A stretch of DNA of 63,440 nucleotides, counting the filler, from Diploschistes diacapsis (taxonomy: Eukaryota), in the NCBI GenBank assembly GCA_023645945.1. It is 8 parts of 8 records of this genome, joined end to end, with 100 filler letters (N's around TTAATTAATTAA, not from the genome) between each part and the next. Parts side by side here need not be neighbours in the genome. Positions count along the whole stretch, not along the records: positions 27,612 to 32,658 come from JALAIB010001614.1; positions 32,759 to 37,804 come from JALAIB010001615.1; positions 37,905 to 42,947 come from JALAIB010001616.1; 5 more parts are not named here. One strand, 5' to 3'. Shown one piece after another: positions 27,612-40,639 of the stretch; within the stretch, counting starts at the first letter, position 1; every line of letters begins with the position of its first letter. The position numbers were made by a program, and so were the translations under genes. Under the pieces are notes generated by a model. It saw only the letters and a program-made list of their open reading frames with translations. It searched no databases and was not told the origin of the DNA.

Positions 27612-30095
27612 GAGGGTGAAGGATGTTGGGGGCATGCTTGGACGGGTAGGGGGGGTCTGGGGAGAGGGAAAGCAGGTAGCGGAAGGAAACAGGTAAGAGG
27701 TAAAATGAGGACAGTAGAGCGGGGACAGATGTAGAGAAATGCGCTTGGGGCAGAGCAGAGCTATGGAGAGGAAGAGGGGGAAGAGGTAGACCTGAGTAGA
27801 TACTGTGATGAGGATGCTCTGCGCTGGATCTCTGTAAGGGTCCCTTGTCGTCCCTGTGATTGTGCTTCTACGTAGAGGCAGCACATGATGAGATGTACAG
27901 CCGAACCCACGAGACATTGAAGACCAGCTTCATGAAATGATCTGCCCCCCTTCTTATCTGCCTTTGTCGGTATTATTCTGGACTTACACTATGAAAATCA
28001 TCGGTTGTTATATCCGCCAGCGAAGCGAACAAGGTCTCTACTGCAGATATCATCCAGTAATGGATTCGCAGGCTGTGTAAGCCATGCTAGCTAAAGCCTG
28101 AGCAGCCTGCCGTCAGTAGAGCTACAGTCGAATATACCTCAAGCTGAGGAGCGTCAGGACCATGTTTTCAAGCTTTTCAACCATTTCGTTCAAGGCAACT
28201 TGTTTTTCAAATCGCTGCGTTGTGCCCCCTAAGCCCATCACGTTAGTCTTTTCCAACACTTTCATTACTGCTCGCCTGTCCTGTTATTATCACTGCAGTG
28301 CTGGTCTCTCAATGTCTTGGGTGCTTGAGTCCGATCGAAACTGTTGTGCATGTTACACCGCAAGATGTGTGCAATACCTTTTCCCAAGACTAATCAGTAT
28401 AATTCGTGCTCCCATACACTTGATGACGGATCCTGATGATGAAAGACCAGCCGCAGATTTCGTTTCAGCAGCTCTGTACCAGAGATCCTTGAACACAACC
28501 TCCTTCCCACCTATATCACTAGAATTTCCGTTTACCCTACGGAACGAGGTCGCTCCCCGGTGTCAAAACTTTCTTGAAGGGGAAGAAGGACCAGTGAACG
28601 ATTGGCGCTGCATTCGGCTCTTTTGCTCCGCTCCGTTCACGTTAACTAGAACGACCTTCGAGCCGATATCTGGTATACGCGGCACAGCTATCACCTTGAT
28701 GGCCAAGAGGATATTTGGTTGGTTTCTTCCAATATCATGACTACCATATCAGGACGAGTGTTGCAGTCACAGTTGCAAATCTACTCGAGATGGTATATAA
28801 CTTGGCTTTGTGAGCTAAGTATTATTGGGCCCTCTTATGATCTGTAGGAGCACTACGTGCAACTACCAGCGATAACTAATGCAATATTCCTAGGCAGCTT
28901 GCGTGGCTTGAAGTGCTCATGAGCTACACTTCAATATTATGTCTTCTCTTTGATGATTCTACTGTAAGACTAAAATTCCGATTCTGCCACTCTGACAAAT
29001 AGCAGACTTGTCTGTCAACCCAGCGAACCACAAAATGGGATACTACTGCAATATCCTTGTAGAAGCCGTCAACGGAAGTCCTCAACAGGACCAGCGAATA
29101 ACCATATCGAGCAATATCGACCATCTTTAGTTAAATGTTGTCCGCGTTTTCGTCCGAGCAACCAAAGCCAGTTCCAACACCTCAGGTCCCATAGCCGGAA
29201 CTGTTCGGTGGCCGCAGTCCTGGCGGAGGGGCCATTGTTGCCGCGCAAGGCATACCTGCAGCGTTTGGATCGCCGCACGCCATCATTGTCGACTTTGGTT
29301 CCATTGTCCCATCATAGCACAGGCCGGCGTAGAAGAGATTGTTAGATTAGCGGAGATGCGAGGGATATACGGACAGGTTGATATCTCTTCCTCAAAAGTG
29401 CTGAGCGCGAGACTGGCAAGCGGAGAAATGGTTAGAGAGGAAATGAGGATCGAGGCGGGAAAGCTAAGGACTGGATAGATTGTGAGATGGTTTCCTGGAC
29501 ATAGCTTGCGATACAACAGGATATCATAAGAAAATGAGAAGAGCCATATTCCGTATATTGTCCTGTCATAATCAGGTTGCTCGCCGGGCAAGCTCCGTTA
29601 AATAAAAGGTGCAGAAGCTAGACTGAAACGGGATGGGCACTCATAAGGGGCTACTGTCCGATAACTATCTGCGAAAGAATAATGCGAAAAGACATGGTAA
29701 ATATAGATACTGAGGAACATCAGGACATGCAATAAGTTCCCAATTCAGTACCTTTCCCAGAATTGCAAAACCCTAAACAGGTCACGTGAATGAACCGTAG
29801 AGAAACATGATTTCTCTCTAGAGATACTGAGAACACCAAGCGTATACACACCATAAAAGATTGCCATCATCCAAATAGTTTCGTTCTATAACTATACTCG
29901 TATAGAAGGGATTGGAAGTGCTTTTGTTTTTTTGGTCATGTGATGTCACTGCATCTCCATATATTCTGACGTCTCTTCGTAGCAAGTCGCTACTCATTCG
30001 AGGAATCTTTTACCCTTAGCTATCAACTACCTCTTAGTTCTTTTGAGCACGTTGGAAACATCTCTAATATAAAAGAGTCTACATACAATCGAACC

Positions 30096-31294
30096 ATGAC
30101 ACTTCCAGTGCTCGATCTCGAGCTTTCTAGTGATCCAGACGAGCGAGGGTTGCTACTTAACCAATTACGGAATGCTCTGTTCAACATCGGTTTCCTATAT
30201 ATCAAGAACCATGGAGTATCGGACAAAACAGTCGAAGAACTTACTCGCCGGATGCCGGCGCTTTTCAGTCTTCCAGATGCTAGCAAATTGAAGCTATCCA
30301 AACTCAACTCCCCCCACTTTCTTGGTTACAGCGGATTCGCGGAAGAAGAGACGCAGGGGAACCGTGATTTGAGAGAGCAGTTTGACTTTGCGACTGAACT
30401 ACCGGTCATATACAATACCCAAGAAGGGACGCGCCGTTCTGGAAGAGACTTCTCGAAGCTCTATTGGAGGCTGCGGGGTCCTAACCAATGGCCGGGCGAT
30501 GATGAGCTGCTAGGCTTCAGAAAAGCGTTGCTCGAGTGGGCTACACCGCTTTCCCTTCCAGCGAATTCTAATCGGTTGAAAGCTATCAAAGCGCGCTGTC
30601 CGAACTTTCATATAGATTTGTTCATCTCGTAGAGGAAGCTTTCGGCATTCCCGTAGGCACTTTCGATACTTTCTTCCAAAAGTCAGCATCTACATCTTCA
30701 GCAGCATTAACGTCGGCACTTCAGGCTTCCTCCTTACGCTGGGGAAGCGACTTTCTGCCTCCACAGCATCGTCTGAAGCTTGTGAAGTACCAGGCCAACG
30801 CCCATGGCGGAGGCCAAGGCGTAGGTCCGCACAAGGACTCGAGCGGGTGGCTTACTTTCCTCTACCAGGTCGGCAATGAGCTGGGCCTCGAAGTCCTCGA
30901 AAAGGACGGCACTTGGATATCGGCTCCTCCGATCCCCGGAACATTCGTCGTCAACTTCGGCAACGCCTTCGAGGCCGCAACCGAGGGCGCCGTCCGGGCA
31001 ACAATCCATCGTGTCACAGCACCCACCCAGAGGGACCGGTATTCTATACCCTTTTTCATGGGTTTGCCTTTGGACTTGAAGGTATCGGAGATCAGGTCTT
31101 TCATCCCTGAAGACGTGAGATCGATGAGACGCAAGGAAGACAACCAGAGTGATGTGGAAGCAGCTATTTCAAATTTTCTGGATCCGAGATGGGATAGCTT
31201 GGGAGAGTCTGTGCTGCGTAAGTGGATTCGGAGTCATCGACAGGCCGGACTCAAGTGGTACGGGCCAGAGATGTTCGAGTACTACACCCAGTAA
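30096..31294 (+). CDS. 2-oxoglutarate/Fe(II)-dependent dioxygenase (IPNS/DIOX_N type)
   Basis: LPVLDL, GFLYIKNHGV, GPNQWP, HKD..H..RYS facial-triad motifs; one intron ~30536-30582 joins the two ORFs. Confidence 0.93.
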
Positions 31295-32658
31295 GGCAAA
31301 GTGTTGCGATACATACAGCGTCATTCCTGCTATATGCAAGCAGGCAACAACCCCAGAAGCGTCCTTGCAAGCTTGATTCAGTAGGACCAAATTCCCTCCC
31401 TTATGCATAGGCTGACCAACCCTAACAAGGTTACGTGGCTTTGCTCGGGAAGTTGTTCACTTAAATACATGCGCTGATTTCATACTAGGCCATATATTGT
31501 GGCCGGTGCCCAACAGGAGCTTGATATGTTTAAGATGATCAACTCTCTCCACACTTTTCTAGTACATTGGTGTCATGCGTGCCAGATGAATGCCCGTACC
31601 AGCGCTGACCTCTACATACGCTGCTAAGAACGCTTAGAAGACAAGGCTAGCCCCCGATGAACCGCCATGATTTTTTATTCACCGCGCCTACATGAACGAC
31701 CAATAAATCTCATCGAATCCGAAGTTCGAGACCACCTACATCCCGAAAGGAATGGACCCCGTCTCCGCTGCTGCGGCACCAGAATCCACTCCTTGCTCTT
31801 CCTAGTTACGACTTGATAGCAGCTATGCATTCTATATCCTCCTCAATCCCACCTTCGCTACACATAGCCGTCATCAAATCAACTGTGCGCCTCTCCTCCT
31901 CCTAGCACCGCTATCTGCCGGCGCGCTCCCGATGCCGAGCTGCCCGACAGGGGCGGCATCTGTTATTCAATGGTGAACACAATGATCTGGATCCTGCGTG
32001 TCGCCAAGCATAGTGACGGCGCATACTGGCTCGATGCGTGACCTCCTTGGCGGAGGGCTGGCTCGTCGAGCCCGACTAGAGATTGCACCCGTGCAGAACC
32101 GCGTGGCGGACATATGAACGAGATTTTTGTGCGTGTACCAGGCTGGGACTGGCAATGATGAATTCAAAAGACTGCGTTGCGCAGCTGAATAGGGAGTTTG
32201 CAGTTGCGTCGGCGTAAGAGATGTAAAATCGGATGTATTGTCAGGGCCGAAATGGGGATGAGGCGGAATTCGAGGAAACAAAGGAAGGGAGGGGGGCATA
32301 TCGGGTTGAAGTTGGGGCGAGCCATTCAGCATATTCTTTCCTTGCAGGGTCATCCAGGCGAAAAGGGGGATCCGGTAGGGGAAGGTAGCTGTGTAGCAAC
32401 GCTGGTTTTTCTGTGATACGTTGTTCCTTTCCTACGCTCAAGATGCGCGATTGATCGCCATCCTCCACCAAGTCCCATGTATTCTACGCTCTATCAGTAT
32501 GTCCTAATAGATCCGGAGTCGAGACAAAGCCTTCGTTAAGAACCCAGGGCGACCGCTTAGCATTGCTACATCTTCACCCATCTCAAACCCTTTCCCCTCT
32601 CCAACCCTGTCGGCCGTCCCTCTCTTCACAACCCTCTCCCTCCTCCTCCTCCCCCTCC

Positions 32659-32758
32659 NNNNNNNNNNNNNNNNNNNNNNNNNNNNNNNNNNNNNNNNNN
32701 NNTTAATTAATTAANNNNNNNNNNNNNNNNNNNNNNNNNNNNNNNNNNNNNNNNNNNN
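32659..32758. other. Artificial contig spacer
   Basis: 44 N + TTAATTAATTAA + 44 N. Confidence 0.99.
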
Positions 32759-33380
32759 CTTTAGGGGTGGCCGAGCTGACCGTGAAACACGTTATATTAA
32801 ATTATTATTATATCGAATTACCGTTGTATAATCTCGTAACTTATCGTATTAAATTTATTCGATTCGATTTATCTCGTCCAAATATTAATGATTTTAAGAA
32901 ATCGTTTATGAAACGCGATATTTAATATTTACCGATAAATTAAAGATTCGCGATCGTAACTTCTAAATTCGAACCGAATCGAATACGTTCGCGTCGAATC
33001 TTTTCGGTTATATCCACCACCAACATAAACGATACAGGAAAGCTAGTTTATATAAAACGTGTAATCTATCGTACTAATATCTTTTCTTTTGAATTTAAAA
33101 GGATTTAAGTCGTTTCGTGGCTATTAAAGCATAATTAAGTTCCATTAAATCGATCCATACTGGTCGATCGAGATAGTTTAAATACGCGGACAGCTTCTCG
33201 AATGCTAATCTATTATTATAATTTTAGGGCCTATAAACAGTCGTTGATATTAGATTCTATTAAAATCGAATTATTGCGATGCGAGATAGTCATTATTGAG
33301 AAAAATCGAATGTAAGATAAAAATAATGATTTGAAGTGGCCGGATTCTGGGGGTGGCCGGACTGACCGTCAAACACATTA
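32759..33380 (-). mobile_element. RIP-degraded pogo/Fot1-type DNA transposon 5' end, interrupted by the end of a second related element
   Basis: TIR-like ends GGGGTGGCCGAGCTGACCGTGAAACACGT-TA (32764-32794) and GGGGTGGCCGGACTGACCGTCAAACACAT-TA (~33350-33380); minus-strand relic SIREAVRVFKLSRST..DRFNG (HTH_psq-like) and KEKILVR*ITR; AT-rich, CpA/TpG depleted. Confidence 0.8.
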
Positions 33381-33888
33381 CTTAACTACACGTAATCCTT
33401 CCCGATTAGGTTTCAGCCCCAGATAATGTAATATCCTCTCCCGTTCTGGCGTTTCAAATCTTATTTATTAAGAAGCATTTCACGTCGATGATATGTTATC
33501 TATATATGATATAGAAACCATAGAGATGTAAACTCATATGATTGTAGAATAAAACGAGATTTAGAAAACATGGCTTGCCTATTAGGAAGCTAACAGAGGG
33601 TGGAGTAACCTAGAAGGCGCTAGATGAATCTAGAAAATTCTTATAAAATCTTCATTTCCAAAAGGTTATAGGCCGGAAGTCATTTTACTTTTACAAGGCC
33701 CATTTGCTGCAGCATGCAAATGGACCCTTGATTGACTCATTGGGGACCACTATGTAAGTCCGGTGGTTAATAGGTCAGGACACCTAATTGTCTTTAGCAT
33801 CTCACTGAGTAGATAGATGAAGTTGACACCCCATCAAGAATATAAGTGGGGGTGCCATCCTGACTACCTCATGACACTACATCATTTA

Positions 33889-36529
33889 TTAGGCTGAGAT
33901 TGCCAATGATGATCCTGCCATGATATCTCTTTTGATCCCCAGCTCCTCCAAGCCACCATCATTTGTTAAGCGCAAACCCTTCTCGTTTGCTAAGTGTAAT
34001 AAACAAATGAAGCAATAAGATGTTGATATGTCGTCCATGGCCTGCTTGGGATAAACATGTTGCAACCCTCTCATAATAGCCGTGAATTTAAGAGGCCTTT
34101 CTGGTGTTTGTGATCTTTGTACATCAATGGTCTCCATTTCTTTGAGTGGTGACCCCTATCGGTGGAAGTTAGCATGTGGTGCTTCTATGTATGAAGCGGC
34201 ACATTACCCCAGAATCTCCAATACCTCTCCAAATTTCCTCCTTTAGGCGTCTGACGTCTACCTTTTTGGCTATCTTCGCGTACTGGACATACTCCGGTCG
34301 ACTGCGGTTGCTTTTGGTGACGAGCTGCGCACCAAAACCTTGCCCATCCCTAGTTCCAGGCGTGGGAAAGTCACCAACGCCTTCATGATGATTGGTTTCT
34401 AATTCTTCGCTCGGCGAGAACGCTTCTCTGGCGTCTGCAAACTCGTCATCATCCTCCGGCATTCCTAAAGGAAGCACTGGATCGTCTTGGAAAAAATTTG
34501 CATTGTAATCGACTTGAGGAGATCCGTCGCTTTGCGCGTCCTCCTTGCTTTTTGAATGATGAGCCCAGAAGGCCTGATCTGTATCCTGGACTGAGCCCAA
34601 CGCACACCGAATGTTAGGATGGCGGCGAATCGTTCGATTCAAGCGGCTTAGACGCGCTCGAGGCTTGAGAAATAGCCCAAGTAATTGTTTGGAGTTGAAG
34701 TGCTTGTCATCTGGTAAGAGGTTGCGGCTTTTCGATTTTTGCATCGCTTTAGGTATGGATATGCTAGAGTTTGTCGAAGCGTAGGTATATATGAGGTGAG
34801 CCATCGGATTGGCTACTGACTGTAGAAAATCAATCTGAAATACCTCCTTGTCTCTTCGTCTTGACGTGACCGTGTTTAAGCGCTCATAATCTTTCATTCG
34901 TCGTATTTTCCAGTGCTCCGGCCCGGCCCAATTTTTACCAACCGTGTTATCAAAGTAGCTCAGTATGTCCTCATTTTCGGCTGTTGTTCGTCGCATCGTA
35001 GTTCCATACCGATTCTGTTCTGTACCGGCGACCTTAGGGCTGCTTCCTAGATGATCACTCCCGTGGAGATCTACTTGATAGGGACCATCTTCCCGATCAT
35101 GGCGGTCGTAAGGTTCAAGGCTCACATCTCTGGCCCAGATCTCCCCTCCTTCTCCAAAGTCAGCATCTATTGCGATCTTATCACCTGTATTACTCTCATC
35201 TGAGATATGATCATTGAAGCTTCTGCTTGCACCGACCGGTGTCTCCTGGTCGCACTCGCCCTCGAGTTGGTCATGGCCTTCTGCTTCTTTAAGATATGGA
35301 ATATCTAGGGTAGATGTGGGGTCTCCTAAATCGAAACTTTTGAGGGACGGACAAACGTCTTGATCATCGAGTAGATTTAAGCTGGGGAAGAACCTGACTC
35401 TTAGAGACTCGACATCCACGACCTGAAATTGTTGAGAATATTCCGGATAGACTGGTTCAGCATTATTCGCACATTCGTCCGAAATGGCTGAGTAATCATT
35501 GGAATGGCGCTTAACGTCTGAAGAAGCATCGTCTGCCTGGAACTCGCTGTCGTCACTGCTGTCGAACTTGATGCGGCCACGTTCATCAATAGTCAGGTGG
35601 TTTAAGAGCAGCCCTTTCGCACCTCCCTCGTCGAAGTCTGCAGATGCCTTCTTGAAAAGCGGGTCAACCGAGAACTCCAGTTCGAATCTTCTAAGCTGCA
35701 GCGAACCGAATGAAGGGACCAGAGTAACTTCAGAAGATCTCTGGGTCTGCATGAATGAGCACCAGCTGTATAAAGACTAGCCTACATTACCTTCTTCTTT
35801 GTGTGCCCCTTGACTGCCACTCCCCCCTCAACATCAACATCCTCACCATCTTCACCAACATCAGCGTCTTCGTCATAGGTGCCTGGCTTCTTCCCTTTTT
35901 GAATGTCACTGTCGGCTAAGCCGCTAAGAAGTTTGCCGGTTTCGGTTGCGACGCTATCCACGCGGCTTGTATAGATCTTTACGCAACCGTCCAAAGTACA
36001 GCTAGCTTTTTGGAAGTTCACGCCATCACCCTCCCGCAGTAAGGACATATCATGGAAGTAGTCAATTAATGCAAAGTTCCATGAGTTAGTAGCGTTTATC
36101 TTGTTATCAGTCGCCATTTTCATCCACTCTTCGAAGTTCGCTAACAAAGGTACGCGCTTGAGTGGAGTCATCGTGTTGCCAGGAACAACAGGAATGAGAC
36201 CACCGCCGCTGGCGCCTTCATCATTATCCGCCCGGTGGTGATTTGGGGTTACTTGGCTGCTTGTTGCCGCGCCTGGCTCATGGTTGCCGAGGTTGCGTGC
36301 CGGCGATGCTGCAGCTTTGATTTGATTTAGATGGAAATCATGTAAAGCCTGGCGCGACTGGAAGCGGACGGCCTTTTCTTGTCGATCATCATTTAGTGGT
36401 ATTCTTTGAGAGTCAGAAATTGATCCTTCATGGGCTCTACAGGAGCGGTACTCACTTTATGGGTGACGCGATGTGGACGGCAGTCGCCTGACCTCGCGAT
36501 CCCGAGAGGGGCTGAGTGACTCTAGGCAT
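33889..36529 (-). CDS. BRN1: Condensin complex kleisin subunit (CAP-H/Cnd2)
   Basis: K|IPLNDD, NFEEWMKMATDNKINATNSWNFALIDYF, FQKASCTLDGCVKIYTSRVDSV, DPLFKK..FDEGGAKGLL, WAGPEHWKI, STSYCFICLLHLANE; 3 introns. Confidence 0.96.
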
Positions 36530-37020
36530 TACGACTTATACCCCTTGGACACGATCGCGAAAACGCTGTCGCCTTGTCCAGAAGTTGATGAAGTGGTATC
36601 GCAGCTTGCTGATTGAGCAGCACACTATCTTGGGCCTGTAAGACTTCAAGTATTACTTATTTACCAAGGCTTGTTGACCTCGCTTATCTTATCAGCAAGC
36701 GTGCTTGGCGTGGGCCGTCATGTTCAACTGTCAGCCTTGTTCAAATGTTAGAGCGCCTTATGTTCGGTTGCAGGAGCTAAGGGAGAGATGCAATAACACA
36801 TACCAATAGTTCGACCACGATGGATCACGTTCAGTTGCACAACTTGATCTTGTGTGATAATGTTGTGTTTTTCCGGCCATATCTCCGGAAAAAGGAGTTG
36901 ATGCAAGCTAAGATTTGAACACGGCTGGATGCATGCCGTTGGTACTCTAACTAATAGCCGTGTTTGTGTTTAGTGTTCGAGCGAGCAACTCAGCGCTAAA
37001 CGTTGTAATTCTAAAAAATG

Positions 37021-37804
37021 TAGAGTGTTGCCCCTAGTAACCGAGCGGACCCTAGTAACCGATCATCCATAAGCGCTTTTTATACCTAAAATGCCTTCCT
37101 CTTTTTTATCTATTGTAAGCTCCATATTTTTTTTTATTTTTTGTTAATTTAAACCTAGATATTATCGATGATGAAGAATGCTCTTATCGAAGCGAAAATT
37201 TAATCTTTTCTGCTGTCGTTTCGTGAAGTCGTTCGGCGTAACGGCGTTTTTTTTTCTTTTTTTTTCGATAAGTTTGGTGGCCGTTTTGAGAGGTTTACTG
37301 GCCATCAATCGCAATAGTTTTTAATTATTAAGCAAGAGAATATCCTCGCGAGGTATATAAAGCGTTTATAGGCCGAAAGATTTTTTATTTTTATCGTAAT
37401 GTTTAAAAACTTAGCGGCGGAGATCTAGAATGTTTCCGAGCCGAATAACTAGCGTTAGTTAGGTCGTTACTGGCCGTAGCGTTTTTTGGGAAGGTATTTA
37501 AAGCTAAGTATAATTTAGAATAGTTTTCTTTTAAGTAAGAGAACCGACGTCGCGGCGTCGGGAATTTTACGCCCGTTTTTGGAGCGTTTTTAGGAGTTCC
37601 GCGTCTAGTACGACGTTATTTTTAAAAATATTTGGAATATAGACGAGAAAGGGATCTAGCTCGGCGTTAAAGAACGTACGAAGGTCGTCGTACGTATCTT
37701 TTATCGTTAGGCCGATCGTTAGCGTTTAATCGCGAGTAATCGCGATCTGGCGACGATGGTCGAAACGGTTTCGATTAAAAAGGAATGATTTTCTTTTTTA
37801 ATTA
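37021..37804 (+). mobile_element. RIP-inactivated Fot1/pogo-like transposon, 5' part
   Basis: TA then TIR with internal direct repeat CCCTAGTAACCGA x2; DDE_1 relic IWNIDEKGI*LG at ~37630-37665 (ATG>ATA, CAG>TAG are RIP-type changes). Confidence 0.85.
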
Positions 37805-37904
37805 NNNNNNNNNNNNNNNNNNNNNNNNNNNNNNNNNNNNNNNNNNNNTTAATTAATTAANNNNNNNNNNNNNNNNNNNNNNNNNNNNNNNNNNNNNNNN
37901 NNNN
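37805..37904. other. Artificial contig spacer
   Basis: 44 N + TTAATTAATTAA + 44 N. Confidence 0.99.
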
Positions 37905-38313
37905 AAATATCGTGTCTTGAAGTACGATTATCGCGTTAAATAATAAGCGTCGTACGAGGAACCTTATATATCTAAAATACGCGTTTTATATTAAGATTTA
38001 AGTCTTACTTAATAATCTAAAGTATCATTATAATTCTATTTTTAATTAAAGATGATTCCATGATCGTACGCGTAGAAAATTGATATAAAAGTTGAAAGTT
38101 TGAAAAATTAAATAGGAGGTATCCGCTCGCTATGAGTGTCCGCTCGCTACGCATATACGTTATATAATGTTAAAGCGATTCGGCCTTCTTAAGTATTTAT
38201 AATAAAAGAATGTTATCGTACGAAAAATGAAAATATTAAGAAATATATTTTACAAAGATATAGGGATTGTGTTCCGCTTCGTGGGGTGTTCTGTTTCCTG
38301 GGAAAAGACGTTA
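37905..38313. mobile_element. Two stacked RIP-eroded pogo-type transposon ends
   Basis: TIR-like ends with internal repeats finishing in ACGT-TA at 38157-38162 (TCCGCTCGCTA x2) and at 38308-38313; AT-rich, TpA-rich body. Confidence 0.75.
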
Positions 38314-38714
38314 CTTGCCGACATATGATATTAATAATGCCCTAATTCTTGGCCTAATTAACTTTATTTCTTATCGGCACTCCTCTTCTATACAAGATTA
38401 AACTCTCTGATCATCTATACCCCGTGTATACCTTGTTGAGATAGAGATTATAACAGCTGGCAGGGCACATTTCCGTCCTCTTAGTAAAGGAAAGGCTCAT
38501 CAGCGTCAGGCGACGTTAGGTCTTTAAAGACATACAATATACAGGCGCCTTTTGTTGTAAGAAATGAGACTTAAACAGACCCTCCGCGACCCAAGCAACA
38601 AGAGAACGCCTAGATATGCCTTTTACAAGTAGTATGCAGAAGAGGTAGTTCAGACTTTATTATTACCTCGTATGATAGCACAAAAGTACTTTTACATCTT
38701 TACCAGGTTCAATA

Positions 38715-39749
38715 TTACCATCTTCTTCCGCCGCGCCCCCTATTGCCAGATCTCCCGTCATGACCTCCATACCCATAACCTCCCATCTGCTGCTGCTGCT
38801 GCTGCTGCTGATTCTGTCCCTGCTGACCAAATCCCTGGCCACCCATCGCTTGTGCGCCGGGGCCCATCATCTGCATGAACATGTTGAAATCCATCTGACT
38901 TGGATCCACCCCAGAAGCCATGAAACTCTGCATGGCTTGTTGCATCTCCGGTGGCATATCGCCCAACCCCGGCACGGCGGCGGCGCTTGCAGGAGCACCA
39001 GAGCCGCCGAACATGTTCTGTATCTCTTCAACCTGCTTCTTCTGGTCCTTTGCTTCCTTTCGCGCATTCTCCTGCTTCAGGCAGTAGCTTGCCCATGTGA
39101 ATTCGTCGAACCCGTAATTGAAATAGTCTGATTGGTCTGCGCCGGGGAGCCGCCAGGGCTTGTCTGCCTCGCCGAGGTCTAGCATCTGTCAGTAGAAACA
39201 CGCAACAGTGTGGGAGTGACATTACCGGCATCGATGTCGACTTCGGTTATTGGCTTCCCGCTTGGCTCGTGTATAGGCTTAGCATCGACATCAATATTCG
39301 ATGATCGTATTGCTGGGTAAGATGCGCCGGACCGTTGTGGGGGTGTTGGCGTGGCCTTGACAGGCGCGTCTATCCTTGGCAATTGGGACGGTGCGCCTCT
39401 GCTTGTAGGTTGTGGTGTTCCTGATGTACCCGCAGCACCTCTCTGAGGCTCGTTCCGCTGAACTCTCCTATGCCAAAGGTATAAGCGAGACATTCGCTGA
39501 GGCACAGCAAACCCACGGTAGAGGCTCATGCTTCTCGGGTTCCCTTTGTTCTGTGACAATCTCAATATCCTACTCACAGTCGGTCAGTCGCAGTATGTGC
39601 CTGAGGTATTGCGAAAAGCATACCGAGTCACTTTCCTCCTCTTCGTCTTCGTCCATGGCCTCACTGTCCACGGCATTCTCGGGCACATTCGCTTTTGGAA
39701 GCCCATTAGCCTCCGCCGGAGCATACATATCGTCGTCGTCTTCCTCCAT
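38715..39749 (-). CDS. FIP1: Pre-mRNA polyadenylation factor Fip1
   Basis: [24 protein letters not shown]ip1 motif; acidic N-terminus; multi-exon; CAG-encoded polyQ near 38786-38810. Confidence 0.95.
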
Positions 39750-40639
39750 CTTGTGGAGAGATTGTGGATTTGTGTACACTGCAAGCTTCGGTAAGGCCTC
39801 GGATGACCTGAAAGGGATGAGCTTTTGCTAGATTTACTCAGATAACCCCTGTCATCGGAGGACTCGGGCCGAACTTTCGGATGTCGGAAAGCTTGGCGAA
39901 CCTTACCGTTGTTGACTACAACTTCCATGATTGTTGTCAAGTTGGCTGTCTGCAGTGTATCTGCATTTGACGATGCCTACTGCAGGTAAAGCGATCTAGA
40001 TTCGCTTTCGGCGGTGTCTCCCGCCGACATCCTTAAGACTCGGCGATAGTGTAACATCTGAAAAGGGCTCTGTTAACACAGTCCCTCCGTTCTCCATGCC
40101 CTCAATTGAAGAATGGATCCCACTGCGGTGGAGATTTCCAGCCGTGCAGATTTTTGAGGTTTGAAAGCGCAAAATCATTCATCTCAGAGTCAAATCGGCA
40201 TGTGGAAGCTTGCAAGAGGGCAGAAGCTATTAGTTGACCGAGCTTGTGGATGCTGTCTATAAGGAACTCGGTCATAGCGAAATACTCTTTAGGTGCAATC
40301 GTTCATCGTCAATATGATTCATGAATGGGCAAACATAGCTGTTGGCTTGGTGCCTTCCCAGAAGCGTTTCCTGAATTCTGCCAACAGGCTAAAAACTACT
40401 TCCTGGACCAGCCATTCATACGAGGCTAAAGTATGACGATCGACTCATGGAAAGAAGCAGGTAGGAAGATTTCTGTCGCTTTACATTAGAGGTAAGGTGA
40501 GTCTAATCGGGAGATACACTGTTACATATGCATCCCTTTGGATAGGGATGCATATGGCTTCCTTTCGTCTTCTCTTTCCAGGCACGTATTTTTTAGTTTA
40601 TATCTCTTTGTAGTGCAGTAATAAGACTGGAGTTGCCAA

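Noticed and set aside
27564..27917. MPPTSFTL.. at 27635 as the missing 5' end of the RING gene
   Set aside because: It lies across an artificial spacer between apparently unlinked contigs
28162..28740. 192-aa ORF
   Set aside because: No recognisable motif or coding-like composition; cannot support as a gene
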